Sequence record: NC_054932.1
Source of the DNA: Escherichia phage teqdroes
Length of the DNA: 64,000 nucleotides
Reading direction: 5' to 3' (one strand)
The position numbers were made by a program, and so were the translations under genes. How positions within the stretch are numbered: the first letter of the stretch is position 1; each line of letters begins with the position of its first letter. This document shows, piece by piece, positions 19,427 through 29,532 of the stretch. Below the pieces are notes generated by a model. The model did no database searches. It saw only the letters and a program-made list of their open reading frames with translations, and was not told where the DNA came from.

Positions 19427-19443
19427 AGGGCTTCGGCCCTTTA
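19426..19443 (+). terminator. UUCG-tetraloop terminator
   Basis: AAGGGC-TTCG-GCCCTT. Confidence 0.6.
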
Positions 19444-19467
19444 GCTTTATACGGAGTTTGATATAAT
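19442..19467 (+). promoter_or_regulatory. middle-promoter-like element directly after the terminator
   Basis: AGCTTTA box, about 11 bp, TATAAT. Confidence 0.4.
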
Positions 19468-19606
19468 GATATTTCTTGAATATGTGATACTTTTTCTTGC
19501 ATTTTATCTATTCACTAAAGCATGTTGGATTGGGTTCTTTAGCACACCAGATGGGTTTATTTCAATAATTTTATTTTGCATTTCAATGACGGTTCTTGAT
19601 ATATGA
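19466..19606 (+). CDS. small hydrophobic peptide, 46 aa
   Basis: Not in ORF track; ATG to TGA read by hand; overlaps gene 47 start by 4 nt. Confidence 0.3.
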   Translation: MIFLEYVILFLAFYLFTKACWIGFFSTPDGFISIILFCISMTVLDI

Positions 19607-20622
19607 AAATTTTAAATTTAGGTGATTGGCATTTAGGCGTTAAAGCCGATGATGAGTGGGTTCAATCCATTCAGTTGGATGGAATTAAACAAGCAATAGA
19701 ATATTCTAAGAAAAATGGAATTACTACATGGATTCAATACGGCGATATTTTTGATGTGCGAAAAGCAATCACGCATAAAACTATGGAGTTCGCTCGTGAA
19801 ATAGTTCAAATGCTTGATGATGCTGGTATTACCCTACATACTGTTGTAGGAAACCATGATATGCACTTTAAAAATACTTTAACTCCAAATGCCTCTACTG
19901 AGCTTTTGGCTAAATATCCTAATGTTAAAGTATATGATAAGCCTACTACAGTAGATTTTGACGGATGTTTAATTGATTTAATTCCTTGGATGTGTGAAGA
20001 AAATACTGGTGAAATTCTTGAACACATCAAAACTTCATCTGCTTCTTTTTGCGTTGGTCACTGGGAACTGAACGGATTTTATTTTTATAAAGGAATGAAA
20101 TCTCATGGTCTTGAACCTGATTTCCTTAAGACTTATAAAGAAGTGTGGTCTGGTCACTTCCATACTATCTCTGAGGCTGCTAACGTCAGATATATTGGGA
20201 CACCATGGACACTAACTGCAGGTGACGAGAATGACCCTCGCGGGTTCTGGATGTTTGATACAGAAACAGAACGAATGGAATTTATTCCAAACAATACTAC
20301 CTGGCATCGTAGAATTCATTATCCATTTAAAGGAAAAATTGACTATAAAGATTTTACAAATCTATCAGTACGTGTTATAGTAACTGAAGTAGACAAAAAT
20401 CTGACGAAGTTTGAATCTGAACTAGAGAAAGTTGTGCATTCATTACGAGTTGTGTCAAAGATTGATAACTCTGTCGAGTCAGATGACAGTGAAGAAGTTG
20501 AAGTCCAATCGCTTCAGACATTAATGGAAGAGTATATTAATGCAATTCCAGACATCACTGATTCTGACCGTGAAGCACTTATTCAATATGCAAATCAGCT
20601 ATATGTAGAGGCAACACAATGA
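19603..20622 (+). CDS. 47: recombination nuclease subunit gp47 (Mre11-like)
   Basis: 339 aa; phosphoesterase motifs DWHLG, GDIFD, GNHD. Confidence 0.9.
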   Translation: MKILNLGDWHLGVKADDEWVQSIQLDGIKQAIEYSKKNGITTWIQYGDIFDVRKAITHKTMEFAREIVQMLDDAGITLHTVVGNHDMHFKNTLTPNASTELLAKYPNVKVYDKPTTVDFDGCLIDLIPWMCEENTGEILEHIKTSSASFCVGHWELNGFYFYKGMKSHGLEPDFLKTYKEVWSGHFHTISEAANVRYIGTPWTLTAGDENDPRGFWMFDTETERMEFIPNNTTWHRRIHYPFKGKIDYKDFTNLSVRVIVTEVDKNLTKFESELEKVVHSLRVVSKIDNSVESDDSEEVEVQSLQTLMEEYINAIPDITDSDREALIQYANQLYVEATQ

Positions 20623-20882
20623 CTTTTGATGAATTTAAAAATGTTATGATGAGTCAGCATTTTGAATGCGAAGTAAAAGATGATATTGGGCATAAAGAAA
20701 TTATTGAATATTGGTTTGAACCGTTAGAGGTTGAAGATAATTGTATTAAAAAGGTTACAGTCTGCACTGACTGGGCTGTATCTTTTAACTTCAACATTTT
20801 AGATAATGACACACCTAAATCATTACGAGATATGGCTGTATCTTGTATTAAGGATGCATACTGTGAAGTTTTCGACATTTGA
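20619..20882 (+). CDS. hypothetical protein, 87 aa
   Basis: ORF track; ATGA coupling. Confidence 0.5.
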   Translation: MTFDEFKNVMMSQHFECEVKDDIGHKEIIEYWFEPLEVEDNCIKKVTVCTDWAVSFNFNILDNDTPKSLRDMAVSCIKDAYCEVFDI

Positions 20883-21069
20883 CATTAATGATGAATTCAT
20901 AGCAAATATTGATTATACCGAAGAAGATTCTAGATATGTTGGAATAATTTATATCACATCAAAAGCAGCACAAGGCGTTGTTTGCATGGCTGAATTTGAT
21001 GAATACTTTTTAGATTATGATGATATGATAGAATGGTCTAAAAGATACATTAAAAGGAATCTTTTGTGA
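20863..21069 (+). CDS. hypothetical protein; start uncertain (GTG 20863 or upstream)
   Basis: ORF track frame 20806-21069; AAGGA precedes GTG at 20863. Confidence 0.4.
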   Translation: MKFSTFDINDEFIANIDYTEEDSRYVGIIYITSKAAQGVVCMAEFDEYFLDYDDMIEWSKRYIKRNLL

Positions 21070-22748
21070 AGAATTTTAAACTAAACCGAGTTAGGTATCA
21101 AAATATAATGTCAGTAGGTGGAAATCCTATTGACATTCAACTAGATAAGGTTCAAAAAACTCTTATTACTGGACGAAATGGCGGTGGTAAGTCTACTATG
21201 TTAGAAGCCATCACATTTGGGCTTTTTGGCAAACCATTTCGTGATGTAAAGAAAGGTCAATTAATAAACAGCACAAATAAGAAAGAACTTTTAGTTGAAC
21301 TGTGGATGGAATATGATGAGAAAAAGTACTATATCAAAAGAGGACAAAAACCAAACGTTTTCGAAATCACCGTTAACGGTACACGTCTTAATGAATCTGC
21401 CAGCAGTAAAGATTTCCAAGCAGAATTTGAACAGCTTATCGGAATGTCATATGCCAGTTTCAAGCAGATTGTTGTCCTTGGTACAGCAGGGTATACCCCT
21501 TTCATGGGTTTGTCGACCCCTGCGCGAAGAAAGCTTGTGGAAGACCTGCTTGAGGTAGGAACATTAGCTGAAATGGATAAGCTTAATAAAGCACTAATAC
21601 GTGAATTAAATTCACAAAACCAAGTGCTTGATGTTAAAAAAGATAGTATTATCCAACAAATTAAAATATATAATGATAACGTTGAACGCCAGAAAAAATT
21701 AACGGGTGACAACCTTACTCGTCTACAAAATATGTATGATGATTTGGCAAAAGAAGCTAGAACGCTAAAATCGGAAATAGAAGAAGCTAACGAAAGATTA
21801 GTTAATATTGTTTTGGATGAAGACCCTACTGATGCATTTAATAAAATCGGTCAAGAAGCAGTTTTAATTAAATCAAAAATTGACTCATATAATAAAGTCA
21901 TTAATATGTATCACGAAGGTGGATTATGTCCAACCTGTTTGTCACAATTGAGTTCCGGTGATAAAGTTGTTTCTAAAATTAAAGATAAAGTTTCTGAATG
22001 TACGCATTCGTTTGAACAGCTTTCAACGCATCGTGATAATTTAAAAGTTCTTGTTGATGAATACCGAGATAATATTAAAACCCAACAGTCGTTGGCAAAT
22101 GATATTCGCAATAAAAAGCAATCTCTAATCACGACGGTAGATAAAGCTAAAAAAGTTAAAGCGGCTATAGAAAAAGCATCTTCTGAGTTTATTGACCATG
22201 CTGATGAAATAGCACTGCTTCAAGAAGAACTTGATAAAATTGTTAAGACAAAAACTAATTTAGTAATGGAAAAATACCACCGAGGAATTTTGACTGATAT
22301 GCTCAAAGATTCTGGTATTAAAGGTGCTATTATTAAAAAGTACATTCCATTATTTAATAAGCAGATTAACCATTATCTTAAAATAATGGAAGCGGATTAT
22401 GTGTTTACATTAGATGAAGAATTTAATGAGACAATTAAATCCCGTGGTCGTGAAGATTTTAGTTATGCTTCATTCAGTCAAGGTGAAAAAGCACGAATTG
22501 ATATTGCTCTTTTATTTACTTGGCGTGATATTGCTGAAAAAGTTTCAGGTGTTAAAATAAACACACTAATTCTTGATGAAGTTTTTGATTCAGCGACCGA
22601 CGTTGAAGGTGTAAAAGCTATTTCAACTATTTTAGATAGTTTAAAAAATACTAATGTTTTTGTTATTTCACATAGAGACCATGACCCGCAAGCATACGGT
22701 CAGCATCTTCAAATGAAGAAAGTTGGTCGATTTACTGTAATGGTTTAA
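21066..22748 (+). CDS. 46: recombination nuclease subunit gp46 (Rad50/SbcC-like ATPase), GTG start
   Basis: 560 aa; Walker A GRNGGGKST, zinc hook CPTC, Walker B LILDEV. Confidence 0.9.
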   Translation: MKNFKLNRVRYQNIMSVGGNPIDIQLDKVQKTLITGRNGGGKSTMLEAITFGLFGKPFRDVKKGQLINSTNKKELLVELWMEYDEKKYYIKRGQKPNVFEITVNGTRLNESASSKDFQAEFEQLIGMSYASFKQIVVLGTAGYTPFMGLSTPARRKLVEDLLEVGTLAEMDKLNKALIRELNSQNQVLDVKKDSIIQQIKIYNDNVERQKKLTGDNLTRLQNMYDDLAKEARTLKSEIEEANERLVNIVLDEDPTDAFNKIGQEAVLIKSKIDSYNKVINMYHEGGLCPTCLSQLSSGDKVVSKIKDKVSECTHSFEQLSTHRDNLKVLVDEYRDNIKTQQSLANDIRNKKQSLITTVDKAKKVKAAIEKASSEFIDHADEIALLQEELDKIVKTKTNLVMEKYHRGILTDMLKDSGIKGAIIKKYIPLFNKQINHYLKIMEADYVFTLDEEFNETIKSRGREDFSYASFSQGEKARIDIALLFTWRDIAEKVSGVKINTLILDEVFDSATDVEGVKAISTILDSLKNTNVFVISHRDHDPQAYGQHLQMKKVGRFTVMV

Positions 22749-22761
22749 TTTATAAGAGATT

Positions 22762-22786
22762 ATGCTTTAATTTATTAGAGTATAAT
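22762..22786 (+). promoter_or_regulatory. MotA-dependent middle promoter
   Basis: ATGCTTTA box, 11 bp, TATAAT; flanked by 9-bp inverted repeat. Confidence 0.4.
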
Positions 22787-22803
22787 CTCTATGGAGGAAA
22801 AAC

Positions 22804-22992
22804 ATGGAATATTCAACTGGACAGCATCTATTAACTTTTCCTGAAATAAAACGATATATTCTGAGAAATAATTTTTCTAATGAAGAGCATATAGTTACTG
22901 AATCTATGCTTAGGAATGCATTTAAAGCAGAATATACAAAAATAATGTCCAATAGAAATGAAGCTTGGACTGTTACTGATTATTATGACTAA
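22804..22992 (+). CDS. hypothetical protein, 62 aa
   Basis: ORF track; GGAGG Shine-Dalgarno. Confidence 0.5.
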   Translation: MEYSTGQHLLTFPEIKRYILRNNFSNEEHIVTESMLRNAFKAEYTKIMSNRNEAWTVTDYYD

Positions 22993-23001
22993 AGGTGTAT
23001 T

Positions 23002-23391
23002 ATGACTAAAATTACTGTGAATTATACTGTTGATGTAAAAGATATTCAGCCAAAACACGTGCGTTCTGACTCAAATCCGCAAAACCAAAATAAAATTCGT
23101 CGAGCATGGGTTTTGTCTCTTTCTGATAACGCAATGGAAGTTATTCAGAACAAAATTAAATCTGCACCTGCTCGTCATGCGTATTATGAAGCTATCGATC
23201 GTGAAGTAAGTAATAAATGGATTGAACTAATGCGCAAACATACTACAGAATCCCTAAACGCCGGTGCTAAATTTATTATGACTTCATGTGGTGAACGCCT
23301 TGAAGATGATTATTGTGGTAATGCAGATGAACGTCTAATTGTTGCTGCTCAAATTGTTGCGGAAACAATTGCGGCTGATTTTAATCGTTAA
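23002..23391 (+). CDS. rpbA: RNA polymerase-binding protein RpbA
   Basis: 129 aa; position between 46 and 45 and length as in T4. Confidence 0.8.
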   Translation: MTKITVNYTVDVKDIQPKHVRSDSNPQNQNKIRRAWVLSLSDNAMEVIQNKIKSAPARHAYYEAIDREVSNKWIELMRKHTTESLNAGAKFIMTSCGERLEDDYCGNADERLIVAAQIVAETIAADFNR

Positions 23392-23417
23392 TTGCTTTAT
23401 TAAATTAGTTATAAAAT
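23392..23417 (+). promoter_or_regulatory. MotA-dependent middle promoter for gene 45
   Basis: MotA box TTGCTTTA, 12 bp, TAAAAT. Confidence 0.55.
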
Positions 23418-23446
23418 TAAATCTCATTTGAATTGAAGGAAATTAC

Positions 23447-24133
23447 ATGAAACTGTCTAAAGATACTACTGCTCTGCTTAAAAATTTCGCTACTATTAAC
23501 TCCGGTATTATGCTTAAATCCGGTCAATTTATTATGACTCGCGCAGTTAATGGTACAACTTATGCGGAAGCAAATATTTCTGACGTTATTGATTTTGATG
23601 TAGCAATTTACGATTTGAACGGTTTTCTCGGTATTCTGTCTTTAGTTAATGATGATGCAGAAATTTCCCAGTCAGAAGATGGAAATATTAAAATTGCTGA
23701 TGCCCGCTCAACAATTTTTTGGCCAGCAGCCGATCCGAGTACAGTAGTTGCTCCTAATAAACCAATTCCATTCCCGGTAGCATCTGTTGTTACTGAAATT
23801 AAAGCTGAAGACCTTCAACAGCTGTTGCGTGTATCTCGTGGTCTGCAAATTGATACAATTGCTATCACGGTAAAAGAAGGTAAAATCGTAATTAACGGTT
23901 TTAATAAAGTAGAAGATTCTGCTCTGACCCGTGTTAAATATTCTTTGACTCTTGGTGATTATGATGGTGAAAATACATTTAATTTCATTATCAATATGGC
24001 AAATATGAAAATGCAACCAGGAAATTATAAACTTCTGCTCTGGGCAAAAGGTAAACAAGGTGCTGCTAAATTTGAAGGTGAACATGCGAATTATGTGGTA
24101 GCTCTTGAAGCTGATTCTACCCACGATTTTTAA
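23447..24133 (+). CDS. 45: sliding clamp gp45
   Basis: 228 aa; N-terminus MKLSKDTTALLKNFATINSGIML matches T4 gp45. Confidence 0.92.
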   Translation: MKLSKDTTALLKNFATINSGIMLKSGQFIMTRAVNGTTYAEANISDVIDFDVAIYDLNGFLGILSLVNDDAEISQSEDGNIKIADARSTIFWPAADPSTVVAPNKPIPFPVASVVTEIKAEDLQQLLRVSRGLQIDTIAITVKEGKIVINGFNKVEDSALTRVKYSLTLGDYDGENTFNFIINMANMKMQPGNYKLLLWAKGKQGAAKFEGEHANYVVALEADSTHDF

Positions 24134-24135
24134 TA

Positions 24136-24153
24136 AAGGGCTTCGGCCCTTTA
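24136..24153 (+). terminator. UUCG-tetraloop terminator
   Basis: AAGGGC-TTCG-GCCCTT. Confidence 0.6.
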
Positions 24154-24184
24154 TAATTTACACTAAAACTTGAATGAGGAAATT

Positions 24185-25144
24185 ATGATTACAGTAAATG
24201 AAAAAGAACACATTCTTGAACAGAAATATCGTCCATCTACTATCGATGAATGTATTCTTCCCGCCTTTGATAAAGAAACCTTTAAATCTATTACAAGTAA
24301 AGGTAAGATTCCACATATTATTCTTCATTCTCCTTCTCCAGGAACAGGTAAAACAACTGTAGCAAAAGCATTGTGTCATGATGTAAATGCTGATATGATG
24401 TTTGTGAATGGGTCAGATTGTAAAATTGATTTCGTTCGTGGTCCTTTAACTAATTTTGCCAGCGCCGCTTCATTTGATGGTCGTCAAAAAGTAATCGTTA
24501 TTGATGAATTTGACCGCTCAGGATTAGCAGAGTCTCAGCGACATCTTCGTTCCTTTATGGAAGCTTATAGTTCAAACTGTAGTATTATTATTACTGCTAA
24601 CAATATTGATGGTATTATTAAACCGCTTCAGTCACGCTGCCGAGTTATTACGTTCGGTCAACCGACCGATGAAGATAAAATTGAAATGATGAAGCAGATG
24701 ATTCGTCGATTGACTGAAATCTGCAAGCATGAAGGAATTGCTATAGCTGATATGAAAGTTGTAGCAGCTTTGGTTAAAAAGAATTTTCCTGATTTTCGTA
24801 AAACTATTGGCGAGCTCGATAGTTATTCATCTAAAGGTGTTTTGGATGCTGGTATTTTATCACTGGTTACTAACGATCGTGGTGCTATTGATGATGTTCT
24901 TGAGTCTCTCAAAAATAAAGATGTTAAACAACTCAGAGCTTTAGCACCAAAATATGCAGCCGATTATTCGTGGTTCGTAGGTAAACTTGCCGAAGAAATC
25001 TATTCACGTGTAACTCCACAGAGTATTATTCGTATGTACGAAATTGTCGGCGAAAATAATCAGTATCATGGTATTGCAGCTAATACTGAATTGCATTTAG
25101 CTTATCTTTTCATTCAATTAGCATGTGAAATGCAGTGGAAGTGA
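24185..25144 (+). CDS. 44: clamp loader large subunit gp44
   Basis: 319 aa from ATG 24185; Walker A SPGTGKTT and SRC motif. Confidence 0.92.
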
Positions 25145-25145
25145 T

Positions 25146-25709
25146 ATGAGCTTATTTGAAGATGATATTCAATTAAACGAGCATCAAGTTGCTTGGTATT
25201 CTAAAGATTGGACAGCTGTCCAATCTGCTGCTGATACTTTTAAAGAAAAAGCTGAAAATGAATTTTTTGAAATAATTGGAGCTATTAATAATAAAACTAA
25301 ATGCTCTATTGCTCAAAAAGATTATTCAAAATTCATGGTTGAAAATGCATTATCACAATTTCCAGAGTGCATGCCAGCTGTATATGCTATGAATTTAATT
25401 GGATCAGGTTTAAGCGATGAAGCTCATTTTAATTATCTAATGGCTGCAGTTCCTCGTGGTAAAAGATATGGTAAATGGGCAAAACTAGTTGAAGATTCCA
25501 CCGAAGTATTGATTATTAAGTTACTTGCTAAGCGGTATCAAGTTAATACAAATGATGCAATTAACTATAAATCAATTCTTACTAAAAATGGAAAACTGCC
25601 TTTAGTATTAAAAGAACTTAAAGGATTAGTCACGGATGATTTTTTGAAAGAAGTGACTAAGAACGTAAAAGAACAGAAACAACTCAAAAAACTAGCATTG
25701 GAATGGTAA
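25146..25709 (+). CDS. 62: clamp loader small subunit gp62
   Basis: 187 aa from MSLFEDDIQ; start abuts gene 44 stop. Confidence 0.9.
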   Translation: MSLFEDDIQLNEHQVAWYSKDWTAVQSAADTFKEKAENEFFEIIGAINNKTKCSIAQKDYSKFMVENALSQFPECMPAVYAMNLIGSGLSDEAHFNYLMAAVPRGKRYGKWAKLVEDSTEVLIIKLLAKRYQVNTNDAINYKSILTKNGKLPLVLKELKGLVTDDFLKEVTKNVKEQKQLKKLALEW

Positions 25710-25710
25710 A

Positions 25711-26079
25711 ATGATTGAAATTACTCTTAAAAAACCTGAAGATTTTCTGAAAGTAAAAGAAACTTTGACTCGTATGGGAATTGCTAATAATAAAGATAAA
25801 GTTCTGTATCAGTCCTGTCATATTCTTCAGAAAAAAGGACTATACTATATCGTTCATTTTAAAGAAATGCTTCGTATGGATGGCCGTCAAGTTGAAATGA
25901 CAGAAGAAGATGAAGTTCGTCGTGATTCGATTGCATGGCTGTTAGAAGATTGGGGACTGATTGAAATCGTTCCTGGTCAAAGAACTTTTATGAAAGATTT
26001 AACTAATAACTTCCGAGTTATTTCTTTTAAACAAAAACATGAATGGAAACTCGTTCCTAAATATACGATTGGTAATTAA
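25711..26079 (+). CDS. regA: translational repressor RegA
   Basis: 122 aa; N-terminus MIEITLKKPEDFLKVKETLTRMGIANN. Confidence 0.9.
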   Translation: MIEITLKKPEDFLKVKETLTRMGIANNKDKVLYQSCHILQKKGLYYIVHFKEMLRMDGRQVEMTEEDEVRRDSIAWLLEDWGLIEIVPGQRTFMKDLTNNFRVISFKQKHEWKLVPKYTIGN

Positions 26080-26089
26080 GGTAAATTAT

Positions 26090-26326
26090 ATGACACAATC
26101 AGAGATTCAGTTTACCGAAGCTTTTCTAATATTCGAAAATCTAAAACAAACATATGGTCTGTCTTCTACCCAACTGGTTTTTGACCTCCCGGAAGATAAA
26201 CAAATAGAATTCCAAAAAGAATTCCAACGATTAGTTTACCCACGCCAACGCGCATTTCATGCGATTATCAAAACCACAAATAAAGATGGCAAGTCCGTTA
26301 TATCGCGTTGTACAGTAGAAATTTAA
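26090..26326 (+). CDS. hypothetical protein, 78 aa
   Basis: ATG after regA stop; ORF-track longer form overlaps regA. Confidence 0.5.
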   Translation: MTQSEIQFTEAFLIFENLKQTYGLSSTQLVFDLPEDKQIEFQKEFQRLVYPRQRAFHAIIKTTNKDGKSVISRCTVEI

Positions 26327-26330
26327 AGCA

Positions 26331-26351
26331 AAGGGGCTTCGGCCCCTTATT
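26331..26351 (+). terminator. UUCG-tetraloop terminator
   Basis: AAGGGGC-TTCG-GCCCCTT. Confidence 0.6.
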
Positions 26352-26370
26352 TGGAGTATAATATATCAAG

Positions 26371-26388
26371 AGCCTAATAACTCGGGCT
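26371..26388 (+). promoter_or_regulatory. gene 43 translational operator hairpin
   Basis: Stem AGCC/GGCU with 8-nt loop AAUAACUC about 20 nt upstream of the gene 43 ATG; this loop is the classic gp43 RNA-binding site. Confidence 0.6.
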
Positions 26389-26406
26389 ATAAACTAAGGA
26401 ATATCT

Positions 26407-29103
26407 ATGAAAGAATTTTATATCTCTATTGAAACAGTCGGAAATAACATTGTTGAACGTTATATTGATGAAAACGGAAAGGAACGTACGCGTGAAGTAG
26501 AATATCTTCCAACTATGTTTAGGCATTGTAAGGAAGAGTCAAAGTACAAAGACATCTATGGTAAAAACTGCGCTCCTCAAAAATTTCCATCAATGAAAGA
26601 TGCTCGAGATTGGATGAAACGAATGGAAGACATCGGTCTCGAAGCTCTCGGTATGAACGATTTTAAACTCGCTTATATCAGTGATACATACGGTTCAGAA
26701 ATTGTTTATGACCGAAAATTTGTTCGTGTAGCTAACTGTGACATTGAGGTTACTGGTGATAAATTTCCTGACCCAATGAAAGCTGAATATGAAATTGATG
26801 CTATCACTCATTATGATTCAATTGACGACCGCTTTTACGTCTTTGATTTGTTGAATTCAATGTATGGTTCAGTATCAAAATGGGATGCAAAATTAGCTGC
26901 TAAGCTTGACTGTGAAGGTGGTGATGAAGTTCCTCAAGAAATTCTTGACCGAGTAATTTATATGCCATTTGATAATGAGCGTGATATGCTCATGGAATAT
27001 ATTAATCTCTGGGAACAGAAACGACCTGCTATTTTTACTGGTTGGAATATTGAGGGGTTTGACGTTCCATATATCATGAATCGTGTTAAAATGGTTCTCG
27101 GTGAACGTAGTATGAAACGCTTCTCTCCAATCGGTCGGGTAAAATCTAAACTAATTCAAAATATGTACGGTAGCAAAGAAATTTATTCTATTGATGGCGT
27201 ATCTATTCTTGATTATTTAGATTTGTATAAGAAATTCGCGTTTACTAATTTGCCATCATTCTCTTTGGAATCAGTTGCTCAACATGAAACCAAAAAGGGT
27301 AAATTACCATACGACGGTCCTATTAATAAACTTCGTGAGACTAATCATCAACGATACATTAGTTATAACATCATTGACGTAGAATCAGTTCAAGCAATTG
27401 ATAAAATTCGCGGGTTTATCGATCTAGTTTTAAGTATGTCTTATTACGCTAAAATGCCTTTTTCTGGTGTAATGAGTCCTATTAAAACTTGGGATGCTAT
27501 TATTTTTAACTCATTGAAAGGTGAACACAAGGTTATTCCTCAACAAGGTTCGCACGTTAAACAAAGTTTTCCGGGTGCATTTGTATTTGAACCTAAACCA
27601 ATTGCTCGTCGATATATTATGAGTTTTGACTTGACGTCTCTGTATCCGAGCATTATTCGTCAGGTTAACATTAGTCCTGAGACTATTCGTGGTCAGTTTA
27701 AAGTTCATCCAATTCATGAATATATCGCAGGAACAGCTCCTAAACCGAGTGATGAATATTCTTGTTCTCCGAATGGATGGATGTATGATAAGCATCAAGA
27801 AGGTATCATTCCAAAGGAAATCGCTAAAGTATTTTTCCAGCGTAAAGATTGGAAAAAGAAAATGTTCGCTGAAGAAATGAATGCCGAAGCTATTAAAAAG
27901 ATTATTATGAAAGGCGCAGGGTCTTGTTCAACTAAACCTGAAGTTGAACGATATGTTAAGTTCAGTGATGATTTCTTAAATGAACTATCGAATTATACTG
28001 AATCTGTTCTCAATAGTTTGATTGAAGAATGTGAAAAAGCGGCTACACTTGCTAATACAAATCAGCTGAACCGTAAAATTCTTATTAACAGTCTTTATGG
28101 TGCTCTTGGTAATATTCATTTCCGTTACTATGATTTGCGAAATGCTACTGCTATCACAATTTTCGGCCAAGTTGGTATTCAGTGGATTGCTCGTAAAATT
28201 AATGAATATCTGAATAAAGTATGCGGAACTAATGGCGAAGATTTCATTGCAGCAGGTGATACTGATTCGGTATATGTTTGTGTAGATAAAGTTATTGAAA
28301 AAGTTGGTCTTGACCGATTCAAAGAGCAGAACGATTTAGTTGAATTCATGAATCAGTTCGGTAAGAAAAAGATGGAACCTATGATTGATGTTGCATATCG
28401 TGAGTTATGTGATTATATGAATAACCGCGAGCATCTGATGCATATGGACCGTGAAGCTATTTCTTGCCCTCCACTTGGTTCAAAGGGCGTTGGTGGATTT
28501 TGGAAAGCGAAAAAGCGTTATGCTCTGAACGTATATGATATGGAAGATAAGCGTTTTGCTGAACCGCATCTAAAAATCATGGGTATGGAAACTCAGCAGA
28601 GTTCAACGCCTAAAGCGGTTCAAGAAGCTCTCGAAGAAAGTATTCGTCGTATTCTTCAGGAAGGTGAAGAGTCTGTCCAAGAATATTACAAGAACTTCGA
28701 GAAAGAATATCGTCAACTTGACTATAAAGTTATTGCTGAAGTAAAAACTGCGAACGATATAGCGAAATATGATGATAAAGGTTGGCCAGGATTTAAATGC
28801 CCGTTCCATATTCGTGGTGTGCTAACTTATCGTCGAGCTGTTAGCGGTTTAGGTGTAGCTCCAATTTTGGATGGAAATAAAGTAATGGTTCTTCCATTAC
28901 GTGAAGGAAATCCATTTGGTGACAAATGCATTGCTTGGCCGTCGGGTACAGAACTTCCAAAAGAAATTCGTTCTGACGTACTGTCTTGGATTGACTACTC
29001 AACTTTGTTCCAAAAATCGTTTGTTAAACCGCTTGCAGGCATGTGTGAATCGGCTGGTATGGACTATGAAGAAAAAGCTTCGTTAGACTTCCTGTTTGGC
29101 TGA
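26407..29103 (+). CDS. 43: DNA polymerase gp43
   Basis: 898 aa; exonuclease motifs and family B polymerase motifs SLYPS, YGDTDS. Confidence 0.95.
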   Translation: MKEFYISIETVGNNIVERYIDENGKERTREVEYLPTMFRHCKEESKYKDIYGKNCAPQKFPSMKDARDWMKRMEDIGLEALGMNDFKLAYISDTYGSEIVYDRKFVRVANCDIEVTGDKFPDPMKAEYEIDAITHYDSIDDRFYVFDLLNSMYGSVSKWDAKLAAKLDCEGGDEVPQEILDRVIYMPFDNERDMLMEYINLWEQKRPAIFTGWNIEGFDVPYIMNRVKMVLGERSMKRFSPIGRVKSKLIQNMYGSKEIYSIDGVSILDYLDLYKKFAFTNLPSFSLESVAQHETKKGKLPYDGPINKLRETNHQRYISYNIIDVESVQAIDKIRGFIDLVLSMSYYAKMPFSGVMSPIKTWDAIIFNSLKGEHKVIPQQGSHVKQSFPGAFVFEPKPIARRYIMSFDLTSLYPSIIRQVNISPETIRGQFKVHPIHEYIAGTAPKPSDEYSCSPNGWMYDKHQEGIIPKEIAKVFFQRKDWKKKMFAEEMNAEAIKKIIMKGAGSCSTKPEVERYVKFSDDFLNELSNYTESVLNSLIEECEKAATLANTNQLNRKILINSLYGALGNIHFRYYDLRNATAITIFGQVGIQWIARKINEYLNKVCGTNGEDFIAAGDTDSVYVCVDKVIEKVGLDRFKEQNDLVEFMNQFGKKKMEPMIDVAYRELCDYMNNREHLMHMDREAISCPPLGSKGVGGFWKAKKRYALNVYDMEDKRFAEPHLKIMGMETQQSSTPKAVQEALEESIRRILQEGEESVQEYYKNFEKEYRQLDYKVIAEVKTANDIAKYDDKGWPGFKCPFHIRGVLTYRRAVSGLGVAPILDGNKVMVLPLREGNPFGDKCIAWPSGTELPKEIRSDVLSWIDYSTLFQKSFVKPLAGMCESAGMDYEEKASLDFLFG

Positions 29104-29116
29104 TAGAATAAATCTA

Positions 29117-29137
29117 GGGACCTCCGGGTCCCTTTTT
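29117..29137 (+). terminator. intrinsic terminator
   Basis: GGGACC-TCCG-GGTCCC plus TTTTT. Confidence 0.6.
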
Positions 29138-29218
29138 CATACAAGTAATATAAATCTATACTTATGAAAAACAGATGATTCTGGATCTTTAGAATTCCCT
29201 AAAAATTTTCACAAAACT

Positions 29219-29248
29219 GTTTACAAGACTGTTCTTCCATGGTACTAT
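29219..29248 (+). promoter_or_regulatory. T4-type early promoter
   Basis: GTTTAC, 18-bp spacer, TGG-TACTAT; A/T UP element. Confidence 0.6.
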
Positions 29249-29273
29249 ACAACTATCAACTACTGATACAGAT

Positions 29274-29522
29274 TTGGAGAATAAAATGAAAATTGTTATG
29301 GGATGCTTAGCAGTTTGTTTAGTTGCATTAGTAGCAGTTCCATTTGTTAGTGTTGAAAATGATACTCAACCTGTGATTAAATCTAGCACCGTTATTCACA
29401 CTAATGGTAAAATATCAGTTAAAATTGATGATAATCTTCATGTGAATACAAATGGATCTTTAGGTGTGCAAATGGGTAATACCTGCATAAGCACTACTGG
29501 AGTAATTACTACTTGCATTTGA
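29274..29522 (+). CDS. small secreted protein with signal peptide, 82 aa
   Basis: ORF track; N-terminal hydrophobic signal-like segment. Confidence 0.5.
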   Translation: MENKMKIVMGCLAVCLVALVAVPFVSVENDTQPVIKSSTVIHTNGKISVKIDDNLHVNTNGSLGVQMGNTCISTTGVITTCI

Positions 29523-29532
29523 GGAAATTATT

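Noticed and set aside
19245-19466. 73-aa ORF overlapping the alpha-gt 3' end and terminator
   Set aside because: Out-of-frame overlap with alpha-gt and reads through the terminator hairpin
21329-21712. Minus-strand 127-aa ORF and + strand 87-aa ORF (21295-21558) inside gene 46
   Set aside because: Both lie within the conserved gp46 coding sequence in other frames; shadow ORFs
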